Source: Marsupella aquatica (lineage: Eukaryota; Plantae; Marchantiophyta). From it: a stretch of DNA of 64,000 bases. Shown here in pieces: positions 50,885-64,000 of the stretch; within the stretch, counting starts at the first letter, position 1, and the number at the start of each line of letters is the position of its first letter. A program made the position numbers and the translations under genes. Location: NCBI GenBank assembly GCA_973895155.1, contig OZ316893.1:16088645-16152644 (forward strand), written 5' to 3'. The notes under the pieces were generated by a model, which saw nothing but the letters and a program-made list of their open reading frames with translations, was not told the DNA's origin and did no database searches.

Positions 50885-51597
50885 CGCCTTGCAACCTTTT
50901 AGGTCCCAATGTTCGTTGTTGTAGTTGTTGATGGCTTGCCGGATGCCAACAATTCTGTTGTCTCAAATTAGAAGGCCGTCAAGCTCATTGCCAGTAGGTG
51001 TCCACAGGAATTCAGCCTTGATGAATTCTCCTCCTAAGAAGGCCGTCTTTTACAGTTCCCATAGCCAAGCAAGCTCATGTCGCTTGCGGGCTGCTCTTTC
51101 TGATTCTTCCTCCTCGTAGGTCCCAACGTACTCACTTGCCCATTTGAACAGGCATCCCCAAAAATGTGATGCTTGATTGATGTTGCTCATTCCCTTCTCT
51201 GGCGTTGCTCGGTAGCTGCTTATGCCTCCCCGTGTTCTCCTCTGCAGCTAACAGTCGATGGCTTTTGCTAGCACTCTGCTTGCTCGAGGTGTGAATATGA
51301 GCCGTCACTCTTGGGTTGCCCTGCCTTACCCCCCCTCCTTCTGGCCTGTGCTGTATGTCTTGGTACCGCTTACCGGCAGCCGCCAGTGTTACATGCCTTA
51401 ACCCTAATTGTGACCTAGTGACCGTTACTCCTCTTTCGGCCTCAGCTCCGGTTCCATGTATGCCCTTAATTGTTCATGGTTTCCCTGTTTTTTTGCCCTT
51501 ATACTAATGGTTTATTGTATACCCTCCTCTTTTACTCCTTATACGGCCTAGTGATTCCTGGCTAGGCATCACAGTTTCCTGATCAACAAGACCAGTG

Positions 51598-51927
51598 CTT
51601 GGGGGGGTCACTTCCACGGAAGTGAGGCATCACGTGCGACAAAGTATAGGCCCATTTAAATGGGTATGGTGGAAGACTTCCAAAGTTTGGTGGAAGAACA
51701 CATAGGGCATGTTTTATTGACTAGTTGACTTTAAAGAACACGTAGGCCTATTTAATTGTAAAAAATATTTTCTTTAAAGTTTTTAGGGGTTTTTTTAGTA
51801 AAAAAGGACAAAACTTGAAGAAAGAAAGGGTTTTGCAAAAAATGTTTTTCACTTATAAGTTAGGGGCTTGGTCAAACCCTAAAATGTTGCATGGGATGTA
51901 TGGCCCTCCATATCGTGACCCCCCAAG
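51598..51927 (+). mobile_element. MITE family a, intact 330-bp copy
   Basis: TIRs CTTGGGGGGGTCAC / GTGACCCCCCAAG; TSD GACCAGTG / GACCAGTA. Confidence 0.9.
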
Positions 51928-51999
51928 GACCAGTACTCATTCCCATAATTATGCCTTTTGAGTTGTAGCATTTTGGGAGTTTTTTAAGTATCATAGTTG

Positions 52000-53680
52000 A
52001 GGCTCCTATAATGGATTGAGCTTAATTGGATTCTCTCTTCAAGAGGGAACATGAGTACAGGCGGTTGCTTCAAGCAAATCCTGCCATCCCTCATATGTGG
52101 ATGTCTTTAGAGGACAGCCATGCATCTTGTACATATGGGGTTACGACATTCCCGACCTTCTTGTGGGCCTCCTTGCTTCAATCCATGCACTTGTGGGAAG
52201 TCATGTGATGACACTAGGGTCCAAATCACGAAACTTGACTACCCTAACACTTAGCTCTAGACTAGCGTTGTTAATTTTGACTCCAAGCTCCTCTATGGTC
52301 TATGCCTTTGGAACGCCCATCCGGTGGGGACTAAGTATGGGGAGACCAGTGGGCAACAAAGTGTTGCACTAGCAAGGGCAATGCGCTAAACTGGTGACGC
52401 ACACTAAGGACTTAGACTAGCATGGAGCTGGTCAGGTCATGGGAAGGGCCGGGGTCAGGGTAGACCATCTAGACCCTTGGACGGACTTTGAGTTTGAGGG
52501 CTTGAGTGAGAGCTTCTCTTTGGCCCGAGGCTAAGGATGTTTACTTCATGCATAACGGATATTTGGCACATGAAATACGGTGTGGCCTAGGTATGGCCGT
52601 TTGGACCCCAATAGACGACCAGTTCTAAGGGCCTAGACATGAGCATTGGGTTGGCCCGATCACAATGGACTAAGTCACTTCACTTACGGACATCTAGCTA
52701 GAAAGTTATGGGCATAACAAGTTAGTTGCGTGTCCATGCGAGTGGGTTGGAGTCCAGGTTGAGGGCCAAATATAGGGGACCAAAGTTGATCTGGGGGTGG
52801 TAGGTCTCCAGAAGCATATATGAGGGGAGTGGTGTCTCCATGGGGACTAAGGGCCAAAACGTGACCTACGACGATTGAGACACTAAGGAAAAACACCAAA
52901 CGGAAATGATGATAACTTCTCAACGAGAAGTCCATTGGAGGACTTCTTGGATGCATTGGAAATATTTTGTAAAGGACTACATCCCCTTGACCTCAACTGG
53001 GTCTAGCAATGCCTTTGAGTCTCAAGGTTTGCAGGGGCTATTTCAAAGGTTTGCCAAATCCTGCCAAAATAACAACCAGGCCGCGTGCAATTTCCCATGG
53101 GAGCTTGCATTTTGGAGGCAAGAAGAGGCATGGGTGTTGAGGTCCAAGTAAATTGGCCCCTTGGAAATGGTTGCTAGAGTCAGGGCCAAACTGGTCCCAA
53201 CATTTAGGACAAGCTAGCTTATTTGGGCCATGAACATGTCCTAGGGGCAGGGTGGTTAGCCAATGACAAATAGGAAGTGGGGAAGCATGGGTGGCACACG
53301 GTAGAGGGGCTGTTCTAGACAAATAGTGGGTGTCGGCTCTTGCTTTGGCTTATGGCAAGGCCACACAGGCCCGAGAGGTTTTATTCACTGACTGACTGAC
53401 TAATGTTTGTTGAGCTTGAGTCAAGATGCTAGTCTTGGAGTTCCTAGATCCTGTGGGGTACTTACTTGTGCAAACAATGAGGACCGTTGAGCGAAGGTTG
53501 AGTTAAGGAGTAAGTGTGATTTTGTATGGGAGTTGCAATCAGAGGTGCTAGAGGTACCAAGTTGTTTGCTCAAGGAGTTCCGTGTAAGCATTTGGGCACC
53601 AAGGGCAGTTAGGCGAGAGTGCTGGGATTGGTGAGGGTGCTAGTAGCTAGGTCCACCAATGTCCACCAAACGTCTAGCAT
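52000..53680 (+). mobile_element. Old diverged fragment of a Y-related element, opposite orientation
   Basis: ~52240-53200 resembles the reverse complement of ~48080-49065, and ~53380-53670 resembles the reverse complement of ~47330-47620. Confidence 0.65.
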
Positions 53681-54729
53681 GTTATGAGACCCCCTTTAGA
53701 GTGAGGCCCCAAGCTTGCTATTGAGATCTTTAAGAGCTTCCATCATCCCTTCCATGGGCTCCTTCAACAGGGAGCTTGGGAGATTCACGGACGGGTACCG
53801 TTGGCAAACCACTATCCATTTTGACCACGCACTTTCATCAGCAGTTTTCAGTGATGCTACAACATGGTTGAGCATGAGCTATCTATCATAGATCTCTAGC
53901 CATGGGTACTCATGTGCCCCCGTAGCAGCTTGCCCCCTTAGAGAACATCCATGTCCTACTTGCAAACTTAGTTATGATACTCAATGTAGACCATTAGCTC
54001 ATCCCACTATTGCATACATGTAGGTGGTCAGCTCATCACCGTATGGCATTGGTAGATTGTTTTCCCATTTTCTTTTCCTCTTTGTAGGTTTTTGGGGTGT
54101 GCCTTTGCACATGTCTTTTGACTTTGGTGTTTGTCTGTTTTGGACCTCTTTTGCTTGTTCCTCAGTCTTTCTTTGTTTGGCCCTTTTTGTTTATTTCTGT
54201 AATGATGATACTTCCAAGGAAACAACACTACAAGTATAAAATGGGCTGATGAAAAGAGAACATATGCAGCTCTCAGTTCAGTCCACAAGGTGATGGATTG
54301 AACTAAATGATGTCAAGTAGTGGGGCCTTAAGACATTTGCAATTCATATGTGAGGTAGGAGTCCCAGTAATTGCACATCAAAATGTGACAATATCTAGTG
54401 TTCAAAATCTGACAATATTTAGTGTTTTATATCATTACATACGATGATGAAGCCAATCATTCTGTTTAAATCACTGAGTGTTATCCTAAATGCGTACGTT
54501 GGTTTTTGGTTTGAAATTACTGGGACGTGGTGGGGTAGGGCATTTTGGGAGGTAGGAACAGTTCATTTTCATCCGTGACCAAACTCTGTTTACCTTTACC
54601 AACCCAAATTTATTGTATAAATGCAACAGGATACTGTGTATGAGGACCCACCAGAGGTGATAGCCCTGTCCCTGCACTTTGTGAATGTATATCTCACTCA
54701 TTTCTTGGAAACAGGGGAGAGAGGGATCC

Positions 54730-54823
54730 GACTTAGTTCGGTGTGTAATAAAGCTTTTGATTTCAAGAAGACAATAGAATGATAGCTTAGTTCGTTGTGT
54801 AATAAAGCTTTTGATTTCAAGAA
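54730..54823. repeat. Short tandem duplication
   Basis: CTTAGTTCG(G/T)TGTGTAATAAAGCTTTTGATTTCAAGAAG occurs twice. Confidence 0.8.
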
Positions 54824-56371
54824 GGAAAAATACCGATGCAGCTATCGGCCATTCCTGCGAGCCTAGCTATCTGGTCAAAACGAGTCACCTTGCGTCATTT
54901 TTTAATGACATATATACATAATGAATTGTCCAGAAGTGCAGAAGGATCGCAGAAGACGCCAACGATAGACTAAAATCTGGGTTCAGCTTCCTGGCTCCGT
55001 AAACTGCTCGCTCTGGCAGTACCTATCAGTTCGTACTGTGCTCGGCTCATTTATTCCTTCGATCAGATGACCCCCTTTGTAGCATTTATACCTGTACTAT
55101 GGTACTCATCGTGGCATGCAACGTCGTCACGAAATTCATGACTTACGGCAGCAGAACTGACTGTAGAGCGAAAAGTTAGATGGTCTCGTTCGGATTCCTA
55201 CCGGCCCTCCGCCCTAGCTTGCCTCGACTCGAGGTCATGGCCTTCAGTAACTACCAGAGGTAGTCAGTAAATTACTGGAAGTCAGAGATTGGAAGCTACA
55301 GACAAGACGAGGAGTTACGGTACCAGCCTGCACTGAACATCCATGCATCACTGTATTGCACAGACGGCCTAATGCAGCCTGACAGATGAGGCGATAGTTA
55401 CGGCAATCACGGCATGACAAACTCCAGAGAGAACAAAGAACCACAGAAACTGCTCCCAACCCCACCCAGCAGAGTGGAGGATCGAGGCGTCTGACAGTCG
55501 CAGGACTCCAGGACGCCCAGGTTGGACTATTCGAGTTTCATAGAGAGCGAGCGAAAAGGGACTTTGCTGCGAGAGGTGTCCTCTTTGGTACAACGTAGCG
55601 AACGAAAAGAAGGCCTTGTACAGGGGTACGTCCCTGTAGAATCTCTGATTGGCTTGAGTGAGAGCTTGGGTGGAGCAGGATGCGAACTAGTTTATAGCAA
55701 TATTATCGAGCGCGGGATGAAAAGGGATGATGGCGATGGGAAAGCGAGGGGGAGGTCAGCTAGTGTAATCAGCTTTGTTTGCAGAATGATGCTCTGCACT
55801 TTCACGGTTGAGAGGGTTGTCCTGACGACACAGTTTTGAACAGCGAAAGGCGAAAACAAAGGCGGAAAGTTTGTTTGAAGGCAGCAACGAGCAGACAGGT
55901 ACAGTCAATCGAATGCACTGGTCTATTGGTGGCCTATACTTAACCCTGGCGGTCGAAAGATTGAGATTATATTTTCCAAATCTGTCAAATAGTGATGGCG
56001 TGGATATTCCTCTCCTCTGCTACTATTTCTCCTGAATCATTATGCGGGCTTGCTTGCCAGGCTTGCCATCCTTTCCCTGTGGTCCTCTGCATGAGCAAAG
56101 TTCCCTACCTCTTTAGACCGTGTGATCCGGGAAGGGGGGATTGTTGGCGCATTATGAGCAGCCGGGCCTATGCTTCAGGGCAGGGGATCTCGAAAGAGAG
56201 ATTCTCATAGTTAAGTGTACAGACCGGCAGGCGCCGTGGGAGTGCTGTATGAGACAAGAAGATGACTACTGTCATAATAGAACCCGGTGTTAGAGCTCCC
56301 AGTGATTGGTAGGTCTTGGCACTGCACGAGCTCCCGAGTCTAGATCTAACGTTTGTAGATCACAACGTGAT

Positions 56372-56519
56372 GACGTGGCAGATCTATTCTCTCAAGTCCA
56401 AATAAATCACTCATACTTTACCGTATTGGAAAAACAGAAGTGACAGACGTGGCAGATCTATTCTCTCAAGTCCAGAAATAAATCACTCATACTTTACCGT
56501 ATTTGGAAAAACAGAAGTA
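56372..56519. repeat. ~74-bp tandem duplication containing ABRE/G-box-like ACGTGGC
   Basis: GACGTGGCAGATCTATTCTCTCAAGTCCA...GGAAAAACAGAAGT occurs twice. Confidence 0.8.
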
Positions 56520-58776
56520 GCAGCATTATTTTTTATGGGACACTTGGGACTTGGGTGGGCTTTTGCTGAAGGACATCTGACAAGGCAGTGGGAGTTGTCA
56601 ACTACCATATCCCTTCAGTGGAGTTCATTTAAAATGTCACCTACTGTTCACTGTAGCCTAGGAGCGTAACCGTCTCTCACATTCCAATTCCCAAAATTTC
56701 TTTTGCGGAAAGTAAAGACACGCACGTTGGCAGTAAACTTATTGGTTTAGGTGAGCTATAGTCGTATAGCCTGACATCCTCTCAATCATCAAAAAATCCC
56801 GTATCGAACTGGCTTACTCTGAAATTTGTTGCTGACAAGACATGGCGGGCAGCGAACGCTCGCTCCCTGTTCTACCAGATCGCAATGAAAGCTGCCCGCC
56901 ACGAGACCAAACATTCTGCCTCTCTCCATCACACATGGGAAATCTACTTCCTATCTTCCCCTCCAGCCCTCTTCTACTGACTAAATCTCAAGGTCGAAGG
57001 ATCCCTGTCTCTGCGCAAACCCTGACAGAGGTGTTTCACCGGCGCAAACTTTAGCCTCTGCATTGGAAAGTTTCAGAGTTCGGACGTTTCCTCTATATAT
57101 AATTTTCTTTAAGTTTTCATGAGCTAATGAAATCGATTTTGAATTTTGAGTAGTGAATCTATTCTCTATCTCCCCGGAAATCTCGGAACAGTTTAATGGA
57201 CCTAGCTTTCATTCCATTCCTTCGTAGAAAAAATAATTCAATGCGATGTTGTTACTTGATGTGGATATGCATGCCATTCGTTTGTCCGACTCGGCGCATA
57301 CGGAGTAACCTGTCTGGGCCGTTGGCAGGGACCGGCCATCTTATCTTTGACTCTGCTCACTCAGCGTGCGCCTCCCACGAACAGCAGTCCAAGATCATTC
57401 CGGGACGAGGTCACCACCCGAGTTGCGAATAAGAACACGAGTAAATTTCTTTCCGGGTCGCCTAGAGGTTTAACCTAATATGGAGCAAATCTTAATGAAG
57501 TTTCCTGTAATTGTTCAAGACAAAACAATACTGGAATCTATCCCTGCGCTGTCTTCATGGATTTAATCTGAGCTTACGTTCGCGTACTGTTACTAGGAAA
57601 TGTACAAAAGAAGAATGAGTGAACATCATCACAACAAAACACTCCAGGCCACCACTCCAACCATCAAGTTGATGTCATACAAAACGTGCGAAAACAGTTA
57701 AATGCAGTGACGCACAAATTTCGAACAATTTAAAATTTATTAGAAGTGCGTGCTCATCTGCATTCTTTCTTGCGATGAACCCCGGAGTAGTTTTCCATAC
57801 TCTTGATCGTAAACGAAGGGGTATGAAATGCACCGCCCACTACTTGCCACGCCAACGTGACGAGGGCCGGGCCTCTTATTTGCCAAAGGCTGTTTTAGAC
57901 GAAATCTACATTTCTACAGAAGAGTTCCCTCACTACTTAATAAAATCTACAGGACGAAACAATGTGGTATCGAATGACACGAGGCGGTAACCCGGACTCG
58001 GGTCAAATCTCGATCGCTGTAATATGCACAAACTTCTCGACAGGACCGTACGGTTAGTGTCCGCCGCTTCTGTGCTCGGTCGTGATCATCAAAGCAACTC
58101 AAAGCAACTCAAAGCAACTGGCACGAAGTCCCCGAATTTTTCCAACAGTTATTGGAAGAACTTCCCTGACCGATGAAGCACATTCATGGCAATGGGACTC
58201 TTATTAGTCAAAGAGCCGTTTGCTCTATTTCACTTTTCTACAGGAGAGATTCCAGTCGATGAACTGGCTCAGAAGACAAGTCCACATCCACTTGGCAGAC
58301 ATCAACGTGGTGGAGAACAACTTCTTCGAATGTCGTTTCCAGGCCAATATGGAACAGGAAGAACGGGATTTGGGGTAGAGGTATTACTAAAAGTATCTAC
58401 ATTAACTTCTCAACAGAGGCTCGCAATTAATAATCCGCACTGCTACTTCTACCAAATGTACAATAAATTGTCCCAGTTCACAGGTCGGTCTGTAGCTGCA
58501 AGGTTGAATAAAAGGACTTTGCAGACCAACCGCTAAGTTGACGACTGGGGCCACCGTGACTATTTCCCGGAAGAACATTCTTTTCTGTATGGGACTCGTT
58601 CGCGTTCACTTCATCTACGGAGTTACTACAAATTTACTTTCGTCTTTCCCACATCTACAAAGGTGGCGAAAGGTTCCACACATGGTGTATAGGACTTGTC
58701 CAGTTTACATCTCAAACGTAATTGAGGCGCAACTCTGGAACGAATCACTCAAAATCTTGAAGAAGTCCCAATTAAA

Positions 58777-61555
58777 TCATAGGAAAACGTAGAAAGGAGT
58801 TTGTTCAGCTTCCGGCTCAACTTCTCGGTTGTGCTCCTCGTTATCGATCGCCCGTGCGCCCGCCCGTGCGTCTTTCTGTTGTGTATCCAGACTCAAATGA
58901 AGGTGATGCTGGTCAATGTTCGTTACCCTTAATAACGTACTTTCGTTCTCCGTGCCCATGCTAGGGTGAATGCTGCCTTGTTCAAAATTGGGCGTCCACG
59001 ACGACGAAGTCGCCCTGTCTTGCGGAATGCGATCCTTAATCATCATCCATGCTGGCAACTGTCCCCCTTGGTGGTGGCTCTCCTCTCCTTCCCTCACGTG
59101 CATCCTTCTCAGGTTGTTCACGTATGGATTTTGAGGTTGTTGCAACTCAGATTGGCATGTGCTTCCGAGAGGGCTGCTTCTGGTGCTTCCCCTCTCAGAC
59201 TCCTCCTGGCCGACTGGGCTGGTTGTCCCGGTCGTTGAACTGAATTTGACGAGACTGTTCGATGACCAGTGAGATGCAGCCAATCGTCCCGCAAAGAGCG
59301 CACCTTCTTGTGAAGTCTTCAGACCCACGAAGGAGGATCCCTCCAAAGGCCTTTTCATAGAATCATTCTCCGGGAGCACAGAGCATAAAGGCTTGCTGAT
59401 GGGGCCAGCCAGGTTAGAATGGTTCAAGAGACCAGTTTGCTTCATCATGGGAGCAAATAGTGGTCTCGTATGAGTCCCTGCATTCATGAAACGGTGTACA
59501 AGACAGTTAAGTTCATGTGATCTCATGCCACGTGACCAACATTGTGGACGAGGTGTACTTGCAAAGTATCTAAATTAATACAATCAGGCCACTAGTCAAA
59601 TTGCTTCAGCATCTCTTACTAAATCTGAAGGTATGAAGAAGCAATTACCTTGTGTGCGATCAAAAGGATGGTCGATCAAGCTAGTCGACCGACCCACACT
59701 ATGCGAATCCTCGGAAAGTGATTGGGCTGAAGGATTGTAACGGTTCATGAAACTGTGTCCATGCTCCTCCTTTTCTGAAGTGCAAAACGAGAGTCCAGGA
59801 ATCTTAGACACGTGTGATCTGGGTGAATCGTCACATAGGTTGAAATGATCCCTAGCAAGTGACGATGGTTCGTCACACTCATCATCGTAAGAACCGGGAA
59901 TATTCGAAGGCTCGGGATGGACTCGACGAGTTGGTTTGCGAAACGGGGGAAGAACTCCAGAAAAATGGGAAGAAGGGCTCATAGGGTCGACATCGAACGT
60001 GGGTACGGGATGCTTCTCTAACCAGGCAGTGACAGGATTAGAGGCACTGTTCTGGGATGCATGTAAGGCACTGCTAGTGGTACCTGTGCTCCTTTTCCCA
60101 CCTCTTCTCGCAGGTTGAGTTTTGTTTCGTCTCCCATAAATGCGAGATCTTTCGCGTGTCCTTCTCGCTGTCACTACGTGAAAGTGATTCTTCACTGCGT
60201 TATCTGTTCGCCCGGGGAATTTCTTCGCGATCTGAGCCCACTTGTTTCCCAGCAGCTTGTGTTGCAAGACCAATTCCTCTTCCTCTTCTTCAGAAAATGG
60301 ACCCCTATTGATCGACGGGCTGAGTTGGTTGAACCAGCGCAATCGGCAACTTTTTCCTGTAACTACGAACAGAAAAAATTGTTAGAATGGAAAATCGTGG
60401 TCTCAATGACGTGCAAAAATATCTCATTCTTCCAAGCGCATAGAACTCACAATTGACCACAACAAGCTGACAACTAAGGAACATTCCCAAATACGCAGGG
60501 TTACCACCAAGAAACGTGAATTGTCGTCCGACGACGTTCTCCTGCCTTCCAACAAATCTTGCCTGACATACGGGATTGCTTTGATGCGGGTGGCACCCCT
60601 ACCCACTCGAGAGATATGAGTACAATCAGTGCGACGTGACTGGAGGGACGCAAGGGTCTCAACCTGGTCGGGCCTGTGGTCAAGCCTATGGCGATGCCTT
60701 CGTAAAGGCCGAAGATCATCGCTTTCGACCGGTCAGACTCGGCACATTGCGATAGAGAGGATGTATCAATCACGTTTGTAAGGATGCATTCAACGTGATT
60801 AAAAGTGCTATGCCGAGGCTCTAGTCAAAGTGAGAGATGAGAGGGCAAGCAAACTCCGAGGTAAACTCAATTGAGAGGGGTCCTCGCTTTCAGGGTATCA
60901 CATTGAGAACGCGTAGGAGTCTCACAATGACAAAGTAAGATGTGAATCCTTACGGAAGTTAGCGGAAGCGGGACCGCACAATCAACGACACATATTACGA
61001 GGAGAATGTATAGCAAGGAGCCCCCCTACTTATGAGAATGTGGTGATTAGATGTGTTGGAGGCAGATGTGTCTATTATCTAACAGTCTAGAGCCATTGAC
61101 GACACATTGCCCATATCTATCACGCATGGCACACCTAATCTGGTAGCGGTCGTAGACGATGTGGCACCTGATCTGCCGTTTAGCTTTTCAGCTATAAAAT
61201 TCCAGTTCTGAGCTCCGTGAATGGCAATAAGCTCTTTGAGTTTTTCGTCCTCCGGAGCTCGCCAATGACCTCGCGGATAAGGTTTGGAGCCACTGCTGAG
61301 ATCCATCTCCGACTTCGCCGAATACTCAGTACCGTCGTCATTTGTCTCGATGTCATCCATACTCATCTCTCCTTCTGTGTCCGCATCGACGACTTGACGC
61401 ACGCGTTTCATGGATGCACCGTTAGAGTAACCGCGAGTACAGCTCTCCAACGATTGCACTTGCCATGATTGACCACCTTGCACGATCTCCATCCGTGGGC
61501 TGGACCCCAGGAAGGAGATCTCAGTAACTTGACTTCCGTCCGCTCCCGCACACAT
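58777..61555 (-). CDS. R2R3-MYB transcription factor, subgroup 21 (LOF1/MYB117/MYB52-like); exons 61555-61168, 60356-59649, 59477-58777 (598 aa)
   Basis: [15 protein letters not shown]...[15 protein letters not shown]|[13 protein letters not shown]...[20 protein letters not shown]. Two phase-1 GT-AG introns keep the frame. C-terminal PFYVFL resembles the subgroup-21 FxDFL motif. Confidence 0.92.
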
Positions 61556-61867
61556 CTGGTTCTCTATTACATGCCTTGTTGTCCCGTCGACGGTTTCCTG
61601 CGATTTTCTTTACGTCGTCCAGAAGAGAATGGTGATTTCTTCTTCGATCAAACAAAACCCCACCCAACCACCACCTAAGAACGTAGGGTGCGCGCTTCTT
61701 AATCTCTCCTCAAACTGGCCCCAAGTCTGTTGAAACCCCATATATACCCACCGGCACCAAGGGTCCGGTCCCAGCCTGTCTTCCGCTTGCCACCCTCTTC
61801 ACTCTCTCGCGCATCTATCTCCCGAGATTTCACGCGCAGCCGAGCCCACCAAAAGCTCTCTCCCTAC

Positions 61868-62208
61868 AACTTTCTCGTTTCAACTTTCTCGTTTCAACTT
61901 TCTCGTTTCCTGCTGGTGCTGATGTATGTTTGTTCTCCCCTATTTTGTTTACTGATTGGTCTCTCCACACTTCTTGCTTGACATGACTGTTTTGCTCCTC
62001 CCTGGATCAGAACATGCCTTGTGCCCCGTGCTCCGACGGTGGAGTGGGTGGGTGAACAGAAGACCTCAAGACCGTTGCAATTTACAGGAACCGTTAGCGC
62101 TGCATTGCCGCATCTTTCAGCTGATTTTAACCGCTAGTTCCCTTGCTTTTCCTTGTTTTCGCTAAGATCCCTCCCCACTAATCACCTGCATCCTTTTCTT
62201 TACTCGGG
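61868..62208 (+). repeat. Segment shared with CACTA-B (27015-27385), preceded by three tandem AACTTTCTCGTTTC units, in the MYB upstream region
   Basis: Direct visual alignment with 27015-27385. Confidence 0.8.
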
Positions 62209-64000
62209 GGGGGACCACAGCCTCCAGCCATACCGGGTGGCGGGCCTGGTCAAGACGGTGGTCGGTAACAGATGAGGCTCGTTTGCTTTTTTCTCTTTTG
62301 TTTCCCAAGCTGGGCAGGGCAGCGGGCAGCCACCTTGACCAAAGTTGGCCGAATGCTTGCTGGATGCCCTGCCCGACACTCGCCCCGGTGATACCGCTTA
62401 TCAGTTACCGTATCGGTTTCTCAACACATTACCTGTTGGCCCGTCCGTGATGGAAGGGCGTGGATGTCCCTCTCATCAGGGACTCTTTTACTAATAATCT
62501 ACTTAATATCTATCATGAGTGATGAGCTCTGCAGTGAACTTGTCCGACAGTGTAAACTACTGTTAAAATCTACCCCTCGACACCTTTTCCAAATGAAGAA
62601 ATTGTTACCATGGCTATCATTCTTTCGATTCGATCGTAATAAAGACTACCGACTATCAATACCAGACCGTATACTGCCCAAGCATTGTTGGACTACCGCA
62701 ACAGGAAATACGGAGGCACAAATCCTGTTAACCGTACATAAGTGAGGTACTTACAGTCTACGTGATCAACAAGGACCTTTATGGTGGCGAGGGGACAGTG
62801 CTACGTCTATGCTTGGGAAGCTCGATGCCCGTTCCTCAGTTCGAAGTCGCGCGCGTCACTACGTTGTGTGTAAGGTAGCAGAGCTCCTAAGTGTAAGGTA
62901 GCAGAGCTCCTAAGTGGGACTCGGTCCGAATTAATGCTCGAGTGCCTTTCATTTTGAACAACTCCAAAAACACAAGGACTTTAGGTAGCTTTGATGGTGT
63001 AACTTTAGTGTCAACAAGTGCATTCTGCTATCTGCACTATTCTCTCGACAGTTTCTCCTCGTAAGCACTTTCCAAGTACAAACAATTTGTTTGGGTAAGG
63101 CTTAGAGTCTGCTCAACACAACACTGATGAACTTTATTAGTGAGCCACCGCAATCAACACTACTTGCAGTTACATAAGTTCATACATAAGTTCACACCCA
63201 GTTCTTGCTTGGAATTTGTTTAAAGAGCCTCATGCCCAATGGTGTTTGATTTTAAAGGTTGAATAGAGGGAACCAAACCAAAGCACCAAACCCCACACCA
63301 TCAGGGTAAGTGGTTGTAGAGTTTTAAAATGTTTCAGTTGATGGAGCAGGACCAAAACGAATGTTTCCATATATGCAAACGGGACATGCACTATTTCCAC
63401 ATATGGAAGGGGCCTGAGTTACTAAAAGTGCACAACTTGAGAGACAATCTGTTTCAAGAAAAACTGAACAAAGAGAATGTGTGTTGTGTTTTTTTACTAG
63501 ATTAAGTTGAAGGGTGCATCATGAACTCAAAACAGATGATTACAAAACAAGTGCTACCACATTTTGAGTAGTAAGAGCAATGAAGAGAAGAAGTACACTT
63601 GACACCTGGACTAAAGGTAGAATTGCTATTGGCATTGATTGGATTTGAAATAGTGGATAATGTAGTTGACAGAACGTGCCAAACCCTGAGTAGTATGCAG
63701 ACATTGAAAGCAGCTGCAGTAGGTTGTTTTAGGAACGCTCTCAGGAACATTAGACTGTTATTTCAAGAAAGCTGAATCTTAGAATCTGAAGGAATGCTGA
63801 TTGGAGACTCAATTGCTACACAGAAATAGACCTGGTAAGTGAAAGAACTCAAAGCTCAATTGATGATGCGGAGGTTTGTATTTCCCCGTTTCAGGCGTCC
63901 AACACCTTTTCTGTGTGTAAATGGAAGTCTCAAGGCTGCACGTTTGGGATGTTTGTTTCTTGGATTTGTTAAATTGCAATTTATTCCACATGAACCTTGT

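Larger units (their letters stand above)
45009..51573 (-). mobile_element. Element family Y (~6.3 kb solo-LTR-like element with internal ORFs)
   Basis: Termini TGCGGTGC... and ...GCATCACA; 5-bp TSD GTTTC at 45004-45008 and 51574-51578; no gag or pol motifs seen. Confidence 0.7.

Noticed and set aside
54000-58770. Short ORFs (60-116 aa) downstream of the MYB
   Set aside because: No recognisable domains or consistent exon chain; likely UTR or intergenic sequence.
62400-64000. Possible exons of a neighbouring gene
   Set aside because: Open stretches are short and lack recognisable motifs; not supportable from sequence alone.

Overview
Eukaryotic plant DNA, most likely a liverwort or other bryophyte (inferred from the repeat-protein families and intron style). 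About 54 kb is a deeply nested transposon island and the right end carries one host gene, a 3-exon subgroup-21 (LOF1/MYB52-type) R2R3-MYB at 58777-61555 (-). Termini and target-site duplications (TSDs) resolve a five-level nest: solo-LTR-like element X copy 2 (~4222-43728) > MITE (8750-43612, TSD CGCTATAA) > X copy 3 (8875-43412, TSD CTGGT) > CACTA-A (14024-42547, TSD GAA) > CACTA-B (23534-42152, TSD TCG). The main result is that both CACTA elements carry open chromatin or DNA-repair cargo ORFs. CACTA-A has a SET-domain exon inside the first coding intron of its transposase, which can splice in frame to the transposase N-terminal exon. CACTA-B has an EDM2-like composite PHD protein, a tandem Pol-lambda-type BRCT protein and a Cys/His-rich ORF lined up ahead of its transposase, plus a captured RPL18a last exon. 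Two families of 4-6 kb TG...CA elements with 5-bp TSDs look like solo LTRs that contain long ORFs. All family assignments come from motif recognition by eye, not from database searches.
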